Shown in pieces: positions 40,694 through 50,532 of a stretch of 64,000 nucleotides of DNA (the first letter of the stretch is position 1; each line of letters opens with the position of its first letter). Source of the stretch: Naegleria gruberi (taxonomy: Eukaryota); assembly GCA_000004985.1 (NCBI GenBank), contig GG738900.1. One strand, given 5' to 3'. The translations under genes and the position numbers were made by a program. The notes beneath the pieces were generated by a model, which saw only the letters and a program-made list of their open reading frames with translations, was not told the DNA's origin and made no database searches.

Positions 40694-41134
40694 TTTCATG
40701 TAGAATTCCAATATCATCAAATAATAATACTTCATTTGTTTCATTAGAAGTTCTTTCTTTCAAATTTGGTAAAATAATATTATCCTTAAAAAAGTAAAAT
40801 ATTTTAAATCCAGTTATTACTAAATGAATATTAAATAATTGACGTTTAAAATCAGTAGTATCTGAATGTAAATGAGAGCCATTAGTTGAATCTGTAGATA
40901 TCCATAGATCAGTCCATTCAGTACATAATTTAGAATCTTTAATTAATGGTGAAATGGACTTGAATTATGTATTGTTGGACCTGGCCAAAGTATTGTGTTT
41001 AAAGAACATGTTCCTCATGGAACCTTTAATTGGGGTCCTATTACAATAAGTTTTGGACAAACTTATTTTGGAAATGAAATTGAAAAATTGATTTTCAATA
41101 AGAATCCAAATGATATTTCTTTATTGATTCAGGA

Positions 41135-41746
41135 ATGTGCAATTTAAGTAATTATTTGTGGAGAAGTGATGATGATAAGCAAGTTTCAATTATAGAAAGA
41201 ACTCCTATGAAAAGTTCTAAAGTTAATGAGTCATTTATTATTGATTGCAGCCCGCCAACAACAGTTCTTCTTAACAAACCAAGTACCACTACCATAATTC
41301 CAACCAGTGACGAAACTTTGGTAAATAGATCTCCATCAACCAAAAGAAAAGTAGATGCAATTAATGTGAAGGAATTATCAAAGAAAGCTGTTAAAGCTAT
41401 CAAGACAGATAATGAACAAAACGATTATACTATGTCAGAAACTTCATTACTTTTACAAGAATTAACAGATATTCTTTCAGATAGAGAAGAAAGAGATGCT
41501 TTAAAAAGAAAAGTTGAGCTAGAAGAAGGTTTTTATGAGTATTGTATGCAATTTTATCAAAAGATTATTACAGAAAATAAGAAAAAGATGGAATTGTTAG
41601 AAAATCAATTCGGTGAAATAGAGGCATTATCTATTGAAGTATCTTCCTATATCACTAAAAGACGAGAGAAACTAGAAATACAAGATAAAATAGAACACGC
41701 TGCTATCAAAGAAGAATTGAAAAAGCTTTTTGCAGAAGAAAAATAA
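41135..41746 (+). CDS. orphan protein (203 aa) with C-terminal coiled coil
   Basis: ATG 41135 to TAA. The C-terminal half has a heptad-like charged pattern (REERDALKRKVELEEGFYEY...KKKMELLENQFGEIEAL...KLEIQDKIEHAAIKEELKKLFAEEK). It is preceded by a start-less ORF in another frame (40953-41147). Confidence 0.5.
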   Translation: MCNLSNYLWRSDDDKQVSIIERTPMKSSKVNESFIIDCSPPTTVLLNKPSTTTIIPTSDETLVNRSPSTKRKVDAINVKELSKKAVKAIKTDNEQNDYTMSETSLLLQELTDILSDREERDALKRKVELEEGFYEYCMQFYQKIITENKKKMELLENQFGEIEALSIEVSSYITKRREKLEIQDKIEHAAIKEELKKLFAEEK

Positions 41747-41760
41747 ACTATTTTCATGAC

Positions 41761-41816
41761 TTTACATTTATTTACATTTATTTACGTTTATTTACATTTA
41801 TTTACGTTTATTTATA
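41761..41816. repeat. 10-bp tandem repeat TTTAC(A/G)TTTA x5 plus a partial unit
   Basis: tttacattta tttacattta tttacgttta tttacattta tttacgttta tttata. Degenerate copies occur again at about 41845-41900. Confidence 0.9.
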
Positions 41817-42035
41817 TCAAATAATTACAAATAGTAATGTCTTTTTAAGTTTATTTACGTTTATTGAAATATTAACGTTTATTTATATATATTACTATTT
41901 GTTGAATAAATTAACAGTATTTATTATTAATAAAACCTAGTTTAATGTTTAATCATAATGAAGCAAACAATTTGTATTAAATAATAATCATTTGATACAT
42001 AATAATACATAATCTTCCGGCATGGAATAATAGGT

Positions 42036-42066
42036 GCCTGCAGTATTTATTTTTAAAATACTGCAG
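42036..42066. repeat. 12-bp-stem palindromic hairpin (right bracket of the AT-rich block)
   Basis: cctgcagtattt (42036-42047) pairs with aaatactgcagg (42055-42066) across a 7-nt loop. It is extendable with G-U/A-T pairs to 42033-42069 and shares the CCTGCAGTA core with the hairpin at 40003. Confidence 0.9.
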
Positions 42067-42136
42067 GTATTAATTATCAGCCGAGTTTTTTTGCACAGCC
42101 ATCGCTGGGAGGTTTTTACCACCCTCTCATTTTAAC

Positions 42137-42916
42137 ATGTCAAACACCACAGAATCAGACAAACTTCACAATGATGAAGCAGTGTGCGTCTCGTCATCCG
42201 ATGAAGAAGAATTTATCAGCAAGGATAAGCAAAAAGGTCACAAGGGAGTATTTATTGAAATCGGAGAACGTATGAAAAGATATGAAGCCAATCAAGGATT
42301 ATTCTTGGATGAAACCAAGCCGTATATGGCCAGATTGGATGGTCATAAATTCTCAACATTTGCTCGTCCATTTAGGTATGTAATGATATGAATTGATTGT
42401 ATTAAATTAATTCTTGATATTCAGAAAGCCATATGATAACTTGTTGCATGCAGTCATGGTTCAAACAGCTGCTGATCTGTGGAACAATTTAATGATGNNN
42501 NNNNNNNNNNNNNNNNNNNNNNNNNNNNNNNNNNNNNNNNNNNNNNNATTTGGGCAGCATTCTATTCTACCAAGGAAATGCATGGATTGAAAGCTCGTCA
42601 AGTTGTTGAGAAATTGAAAGAGGATAAGAATGTTGATTGGAATGATTATCCAATGGGTTATCGTTACGGAACTTTTATTAAAAAGTCAAAATACGAAAAG
42701 AATGTCAAGAATCCAAAAACAGGTGAAGAATTGGTGTGTATGAGAACTAAATCAGAAGCATTTTCATTCAAATTGGAAGATTTCGATTCAAAATATATTG
42801 AATTGTTTAATCTCAAGACATGGAATGAAGTTTTTGAAAAGGGAATTTTGAATAGAGATGATTTAATTCTTGAGCCATTGTTTAGTGATTTGTTGGCTTC
42901 AGATAACAAAGAATAA
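42137..42916 (+). CDS. THG1: tRNA-His guanylyltransferase (Thg1)-like protein, 2 exons, interrupted by an assembly gap
   Basis: Exon 1 is 42137-42375, the intron is 42376-42424 (GTATGT..TCAG), and exon 2 is 42425-42916. IGERMKRYE...YMARLDGHKFSTFARPFRKPYDNLLHAVMVQTAADL parallels human THG1L [23 protein letters not shown]. The N gap at 42498-42547 removes the catalytic middle. Confidence 0.7.
42498..42547. other. assembly gap (50 N) inside the Thg1-like gene
   Basis: Run of n characters. It produces the X run in track ORF 42479-42916. Confidence 0.99.
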
Positions 42917-42964
42917 AGTTTCGAATAAATCTCCTTTTCAATATTAAAAAAATAGATCTGAAAA

Positions 42965-43909
42965 ATGGCTCAATTGACCGAAGAAGATTCACAAGTAATT
43001 GTTAATTTAATTAATTTTGATCACTCCCCCAATTCATTGTTTGATCAATTAAAAATTCAACTACGAAATTATAAGAAATTTGTACCATTTTCCATGAATT
43101 TTGAAGAGGTTGCGAAAATAACACCAATTTCCAATTTAATGTGTCATGTTAAAGTCTCACCATCACATCATTGTCTATGTGTGTCTGATACAGAAGACAA
43201 CATAAAGAAAATTAAGTTTTTTGAATTGACAAGCTTGCGATATTTAACAAGTTTTAAACATCTTACACCTGTTGACAGTTTGTTTATCGAGGAAAACTTT
43301 GATGGCCAACACAATGATGCAATTTATTTTGGAGAATTTGGGGGCATGACAAAGTACAGAGTTAAAGACTTGTTGATTTTGGGAGAAAATGCACAGTTTT
43401 TATGGAAAATTGAAAAGAAATACAGGTTTGGAATGGCAATAAGAGAAATTGGAAATAAGAAACAATTATTCAGATTTGCTGGCGTTTCCAGAACAATGGA
43501 TATAATAGATGCTGAGGAGGGTAAAATTATTGCTGAGATGGATTTTGAACATATTCACAAGGTGTTTGGAATTGAATTTATTACTCCAAAGCGATTGTTT
43601 ATATCATGTCTGGATGGAGATTGTTGTATATTTGATGAAGAAACAGAAAACAAATGGAAACTCTTTAAAATTATTCAAAGTGTGGATGATATTCGCCTTA
43701 AAGACTCTGCTGGATTAACAGTTGACTATTTGGGTAAAAAGATATTCCTCTCCAATACTGGAAGAATTATAATCTTTGATTTTGATGGAGATGTAGTTGG
43801 CTCATACAAGGCAGATATTAAAGTTCCTTGTGGTCTTGATTTTGACAAGAGAACTGGCCTTCTTTATGTTGCTGATCAATTATCCAATTCCATTAAAATT
43901 TTCAAGTAA
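42965..43909 (+). CDS. hypothetical protein, possibly a beta-propeller with an NHL-like C-terminal blade
   Basis: 314-aa ATG-to-TAA ORF. The C-terminal GLDFDKRTGLLYVADQLSNSIKIF resembles an NHL repeat. The rest is not recognised. Confidence 0.5.
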   Translation: MAQLTEEDSQVIVNLINFDHSPNSLFDQLKIQLRNYKKFVPFSMNFEEVAKITPISNLMCHVKVSPSHHCLCVSDTEDNIKKIKFFELTSLRYLTSFKHLTPVDSLFIEENFDGQHNDAIYFGEFGGMTKYRVKDLLILGENAQFLWKIEKKYRFGMAIREIGNKKQLFRFAGVSRTMDIIDAEEGKIIAEMDFEHIHKVFGIEFITPKRLFISCLDGDCCIFDEETENKWKLFKIIQSVDDIRLKDSAGLTVDYLGKKIFLSNTGRIIIFDFDGDVVGSYKADIKVPCGLDFDKRTGLLYVADQLSNSIKIFK

Positions 43910-44031
43910 AGTTACAAATATTTACATTTGACTTGATTTCTTTTCACACTTTGTAGTTGTGTGAAATGAAGAATATAACGATTGGTTAATCAAGTAGTGT
44001 GATATTTGTAACATTTCAATTGTTAATTTTG

Positions 44032-44260
44032 GACGGGAAGCCTGCCAGGAATATGGCGACAATCCCGCTACAGTCTTTGACTGTATGAACAGTGAAGGCA
44101 AGAGTTCTGGACGAATCTTGTTGTGTTTAAATAACAGGTTGTTGAGGAAATTCAATAGGTTGATCAACCTTGTATTTATTGAACATTGATTCGCTGAATT
44201 GCTTGATGCAAATTTTGGTTTCATATTTTCTGATCAAATCTAAACTAAATTGAAACTTCA
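44032..44260. repeat. dispersed ~220-bp repeat, copy 2 (core 44032-44101)
   Basis: See copy 1 (21477-21693). It has the same orientation. The minus-strand ORFs over the two copies fall in different frames across the conserved core. Confidence 0.85.
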
Positions 44261-44757
44261 GCTTATTGGATTTCATCAGCAAATTATTACAAGAAATCAA
44301 TTTTTTCACAAGATCTTTAAATATTAAAAAAATATCTCATCATTTATAATAACATTCGAATGGTTGAAATTTTTTTTACCATTTCTCATTACCTTATTTG
44401 TAAATTAATGAAATTTGTGCAATGATGCATATGAAAATGATGATTAAAATTAAATATTATCCAATTGGAATAGCTAGTGGTTTTCCAATAATTCCAAAAT
44501 CAATAAGTGAAATCTCAACTATTTAAATCTACAAGGTGTTTCTCTAAATTCATTAGATAATTTCATCTCAACGATTTATTTAATTTCAATAGAGAAACAC
44601 CATATCTTGTTTATTTAGCCCATTGCCAAACATCACATTTCAAACCATCAAAATCTCTCATTAAAAAAAATTGGAGACATTTGCCTGCCATCCATCATCA
44701 TTTTGATCACACAAAAACAAGAAGAAGAAGAATAAAATCGTGCATCAAAACATCAAA

Positions 44758-47700
44758 ATGGCACCTCCATCATCATCCACCAATACAATCCATGAAAAAT
44801 TTGATTTTTATTCCCTCGTTTCACCACAAGGACAAATCAAAACTATTTGTTCAGTAATTGATGATTATGATTTTATATTTGTTGGTTTGGGGGATGGTCG
44901 TGTAGTTATCTATCGAATGAAAATTGATAATTTCTCAGCCATTGAAGCAGAGAAATGTGTTTCCATCAATATTGACAAGGCACCGATTGAAGATATTCAA
45001 GTTGACTCTAAAAACAAGTTACTTTTTGTATTGAATGAACAACATGATTGATATTTTGGTTATGATCCGAAACATCCAACAGGAATTTCTTGAGAGAAAG
45101 GCAGAAATTTTGGGTAAACAAATTTCATGTTTTGCTGTGGATAAGAGATGTGAAAATCAGAGATTGGTTTTGAGTTATAAAAGTGGAAAGTTAAAAGGAA
45201 AGGCATCACTGTTTTCATATAAGGAATTGTTGGAAGATAGTGTTCAAGAGTTGACTGAAATTAAAACAGTTGATATGGAAGATTCAAATCAATTTACGAC
45301 AACTCATGAAATGTTATTTGTTGATTCTTACTTTGTTTGTTTACTTTCAAAAGGTGCAAAATCAAAAGAAGTCATGTATTATAAGAGATTTAGTTTGAAT
45401 ATTTCACAAACTACGAGAAATTTCATTTCCTGTCAATCAATTGTTACAAAAGAAAGTGATATGGATGAAATTCGAGGAACAAAGGGTGTTTATATTAAGA
45501 ATAGTATGATTCATTTAGAAGGAAAGGTAGCTCTCTTTAGATGTGGATTGAAATTGTGGAGACCTTGCTATTTGGATGGTGAAAAGTATTATGTGAGAAA
45601 TGCCTCCTCAAATATTGTTTCAAGTGTTGCAGGAAATGCTAACAATACTACTGATTCTTCTTCATCACTTTCCAGTAATATTCAAAGTTCAAATTCTGAA
45701 GAACAATCAGAAATTGAAGAAGTCAACTATGAAAGAACCAACACTTTACAATCCATGAAGGAAGAATTTAAATATGCCTATGTTAACACAAATGGTGCTG
45801 AACCTTTGAGTGTTTGTTTGTGTTTCCCATATGTTGCTTGTTTGATGAGTGACAGTCTCGATATTTACAATTTATATTGGAGAGAAAGTACAACTACCAA
45901 GTCAACTATGCAAGCAAAGAAAGTTTATTCATTATTGAACAATAAGGATGGTACCACTATATTTGCAGATGAACATCGTTTCTATGTGGTTACTGAAAAT
46001 TCAAATGCCATTCGTTACTTGTCTCCTCCAAATAGTGATATTCAATTAAAGACATTGAGAGAAGAGTTGCTCTCACCACAAGCTCATCACTTGTTCAAAA
46101 TGAGACAAGACAAAAATAGTGAAGATTTCAGAAAGGAATTGATGGAATTCCAATTTGCAAATGGTAAAGCGAACTTGGAAAGAGGTAGGCCGAAGGAAGC
46201 TTTCAGATTCTTCTTAGAATCAATGAAGCAATCAAAGTATTTATCCATTGAAGATAGAAAGGATATTCGTGAGATTTTGAGATATTTCATGTATTATAGC
46301 GGTTCTTCTCATTCTCAATTTAGTTTGATTTCACCAAGTTTCTTCCCGTCTTCAATTTCAAGTGAACCAATTCGTGAAAAATTGACTACAAACTTTAAAC
46401 AAGGGAAAATCAAAGCTGGTATCGATCAGAACTTTATCACTCAAGATATGGCTATGAACTTTACAGAGCACTTTATCAACTTGCTCATTCACAAGACTTT
46501 CATGTACTTGATGGAATTCCTTGAAGTGGTTCAATCAAATCCAAAATATAGACCTGAAACTTTGGATCAACAAGCTGCAGTTGAATATGCCTTGTTAGCT
46601 CTCTACACATTACCTCATCCAAACATGGCTTCAAAGGAATTTGATGAAAACAATAGAAGATCCCTTGCCTACTATCATCATTCTTGCTATGAGAACATTG
46701 AAAAGATTGTAAAGAGAAAGCACGAACCTGGTTTTGAAAAGTATACTGAACAATTGTTCAAAGTCTTGACAGATACTGGTTGTTGGAGACACGCTGCCTT
46801 GTTAGCTCATAATCTTGGGCAAAGTACTCAACAAGTTATGGGTATTTTCAAGAGTAACATTAGTCGTGACATTTACTATGAACGTTACGATGGTGTGGAT
46901 GATGTTGTTGATATTTTAAGTCAGATGGATGGTAATACATTATTGCAAAATCCATCCATTAGAGAATTCATTTCATGGATCATTTCACTCAATCCAAGCA
47001 AGAGTGTCAAGATTTTCACCGCCCCAAGAGCTAATCCACCAATCCCAGATTTGGTATTGGAATTCTTGAATCCATTCCCTCTCAACATGACAGTTCAATA
47101 TTTGCATCACATAATCTATGAAACAAAGGGTCAAGGTATTACAGATAGAGATTTGAATAGATATCATACAGAATATGCAATAAGTTTGATTGATTATGTA
47201 ACCTTGATTTATCCTGTCAATCTCGATAAGAGACTTGCCCCTCCAGCAGGTACTGAACAGGGAGATCTCGGTAAATTTAGAGGATACTTGTTGAAACACA
47301 TCAAGGAAAGTAGCAGATACAATAAGGAAATTGTCGACAAGAAACTTCAAACATCCAATTTGAATGAGGAAAAGATTTCACTCTTCCATGTTATGGGAAA
47401 ACACGAGGAGGCATTAACTGTCCTTGTAAAAACTGATTTGAAGAGAGCTGAGGAGTATTGTGATACTGTCTTTGAGGAAGAACAAAAATCTACAGTTTTA
47501 CTTTCAAAGAGTGGAAATCAAGCAAGTAATTACAATCCATATTTAATCAGATTGATTGAAATTACAACCAATCCAACACTTTTTGATGAATATGATGAAG
47601 AGAGTGCTCTCCGTAGAATGATGAGTGTTCTCAGTTTACTTCAAAGAAGAGCTTCGGATATTAACATTATTGAAGTATTGTCCGTACTTCCAGAACATTC

Positions 47701-48040
47701 TGAATTGAGGCAATTATCAACCTTCTTAACTCAGGCCATTCAATTTACTCATCACAATAATAGAACTACTTTAATTAAGAATGAATTGGCAAGAAATGCC
47801 TCAATGCAAGTTAAGGCACGTCATGTCAAAGCTACAACCAGATCAATAACTGTTACTTCAACTACATCATGTCCAGTTTGTGAACAACCTATTGGTAATG
47901 CTGTCTTTGCAATCTTCCCTGACCAATCAGTTGTCCATTATCGTTGTTTGATTAGCAACGAAGATGAAAAGAAGGAAAAGAATAGGAATGTCCATCCAAA
48001 GAATGGTATTGATTTTAAGAAATTCCCAGTTGACTTTTAA
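44758..48040 (+). CDS. VPS39: Vps39/Vam6/TGFBRAP1-family tethering protein (CNH domain, Vps39 repeats, C-terminal zinc finger)
   Basis: ATG is at 44758 (the track start 44740 is GTG). Two overlapping ORFs are joined either by a GTATTG..ACAG intron at 45028-45082 (in phase) or by a 1-nt frame correction. The C-terminus CPVCEQPIGNAVFAIFPDQSVVHYRC matches C.VC...IG.S.F..YPNG.VVH..C of Vps39/TRAP1. YLHHIIYE and HEEAL.VLV-type helical repeat segments are also present. Confidence 0.8.
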
Positions 48041-48146
48041 ATCTTTACCCGTAACAAATAAATCAATTAAACAATTCGTTCACTCTTAATATCATTAATT
48101 TTTAGCCATTTCCAAATCCTTTTAGTCGGTTGGCAAAGAAAACAAA

Positions 48147-48235
48147 AGGCGACTGAGGGAATTGAACCCTCGACCCTCAGTTATCTCAGCATTACTGCCT
48201 ACAAGACTGATGCACTGCCACTGTGCTAAGCCGCC
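48147..48235 (-). tRNA. tRNA-Thr(UGU): tRNA-Thr (anticodon UGU) with a 17-nt intron
   Basis: The minus strand reads GGCGGCT TA GCAC AGTGGCA GTGC A TCAGT CTTGTA[GGCAGTAATGCTGAGAT]A ACTGA GGGTC GAGGG TTCAATT CCCTC AGTCGCC T. The intron sits at the canonical 37/38 position, and TTTTGTTTT follows downstream. Confidence 0.8.
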
Positions 48236-48353
48236 TTACATGCATCAAAAAAATTATAAAAACCTGTGCTAAAGCAACACATGTCAAACTTTCTTCAAAA
48301 ATTTTCCACTTGAAGTTCAATTAGACATTAGACTTGAAAAAAAAGGCTTTACA

Positions 48354-50400
48354 ATGTTGCCATCATCGTGTTTTGGTTACAGTAATTGGAGTGGTAGAGC
48401 CACTGATGATGATGACTTTGAAAGCTTTCTCTATTCACCAACAAATGAGGAGCAAATTAATACTTCGGAAGAGATTAATTTAAATATGAATAATTCTATT
48501 AACACGACGGATCGGAACCAACATCAATCTATCTGTCAGAATAATACTGTGCCGGTACAATCAATTAATTCTTCATCAATGGTTGAAAAGAATGAATACA
48601 CATGTTTGTCATGTCGAAAATTACACAGAAAATGTGACAAATTACTTCCATCATGTTCTTATTGTTCAAAGAGAGGATATAATTGTATATATGAAAAACC
48701 AAAGAGAAGTGTAAAACCAAATCAACCAAACTTTGTGTTTGTTGATGAAGGAAGAAAGCTAACTAATCATCGAATAAGTCAACCAACAGCAGCAACAACG
48801 AACAAATCAATTTCGTTGTGGTGAAAATTCAAAGAATATAGAAAGGAGAGGGGAACCTTATGTAAATATTGTAAATAATTTGAATAGAATTGGAAATAAT
48901 GCAACGAGTATTAATGCATTGCAAAATGAGTTGAATTATCGATTTGTTACCACTCAAACTCTGGATGTATATTTTAATGTAATTGCTTGTGGAATGCCAC
49001 TTGTGGAAAGAAAGAAATTGGAACAAGTTTTGGAATATCAATCTAATTTGTATCATCCTTCATTCTCAATATCTGGATGTGATTTTTATACGAATCAGTT
49101 TGAATTTGAAAAGGATCAATCACTTTTATTTACATTACAAGCACTGTGTTTACAACAGATGGGTCATCGAGATGTTTCCACTCAACTCTACCTTCAAGGA
49201 AAACAATTATTGGGAAAATACTTTGATGACATTGATTCGATAAGCGTCCTACTTTCAATGAAATTTACATCACTCTATTTACTGGGAGAGGGTGAAAGAA
49301 GAAAGGCCAGAGCCATGATGTTAATTGTAAAAGCAGGTATTGATCCATACCTTTTGAAAAACGAAAAGGTGAAGGAAATTTCTGATCTAGAACTGATATT
49401 GAAGAATGCCAAATCTTTTACATCATTATTGATTGAATCTCAGCTAAAACTAATTGACCTTTACCTAAATGAAGAATGCTACCCAGACACATATCTTTTC
49501 GAGGCCATTGAGGAATTGTCAAACCGAAAACTAAAATTCACAGATGAGGAAAGATCAAGAGGATGTAAAAAACTAGACAAGGAAACCTATGAAAAGATAA
49601 AGGGATTTATGAAAGCTTACATGTCTCTCTCCAGAATATTTGTTGAGAGTGAAAGAAATGACACAGATAATGCAGGTAATTTGCTCATGCTTAGTTTGAG
49701 CATCACAACAAAGCAAATTTGGTTAGAAATTCTACTCAATTCAGATGAAAGTTTCAGAGATTTGAATGAAATTCTTCAAATTTCCAGTGAAATTATTAGA
49801 TTGACGAGGACTAAATTCTTTCCCTATCTTCAAATCAATGCTACTAAGGGAATAATTTTAGCTGCCACACTGAGGGCAAGTTATTATTACAAACTAGGTC
49901 CTAATGAAAATGTCAATGATGATTTGAGAGCTCTTAAATCACTCTCAACAAAGTACAAATATATCCAAACAGAATGTGTTGATTTGATGAAGGCACTTGA
50001 AACTCTGACATACATGTCATTAAATAGTGGAAGTTTATCAAATCCATTTTCTGTGGATGAAATTTGCAATTTTACCTCCAAAATTGAACCAACAACATTG
50101 AAAGCACCTACTGAAGGAGGAATTATTGTTTATTATAATGACTATGTAGAAAATCACAGACCTAATCTGAATCAAGTGATGAAGGAAGATACTGATCTTA
50201 TAGATGAATTAGTCAATTGTCTATTGGATCAAGATAAGATTAAGAAGGAAGTTACTGATCCTATTCAACAAAAAGAGAGCTTGCATTATAGAAAATTACA
50301 ACTTGTGCAAACCTACCGAAATAAGGCAACTGATAGGCAGGATAATTATCAAGTGATTGAAATGATGAAGAATATTCGACTCTTTTACATGTTGCAATAA
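48354..50400 (+). CDS. Zn(II)2Cys6 binuclear-cluster transcription factor, 2 exons
   Basis: CLSCRKLHRKCDKLLPSCSYCSKRGYNCIY is a perfect CX2CX6CX6CX2CX6C motif. The two ORFs are joined by an intron of about 70 nt ending at AATAG 48887. The donor is weak and ambiguous (GTGGTG at 48818 or GTTGTG at 48815, both phase 2). Confidence 0.7.
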
Positions 50401-50532
50401 CTATCCTCAATAAATTAGATTAGTTTCGAATAGTTTCATTACCAATGGTTTCAATTAGTTTCATATGAAAGTCCACTTTAGTTGGGATGCAAGATAGCTC
50501 TCTCATTTTCCCATCAATCATCACTCAAAAAA

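Noticed and set aside
41761-41900. Tandem repeats as a possible CRISPR-like or telomeric array
   Set aside because: The unit is 10 bp with no spacers, the context is a eukaryotic nuclear genome, and the unit is not a G-rich telomere repeat. It is a simple minisatellite.
42479-42547. Run of X residues in track ORF 42479-42916
   Set aside because: It is an artefact of the 50-N assembly gap, not a real low-complexity peptide.
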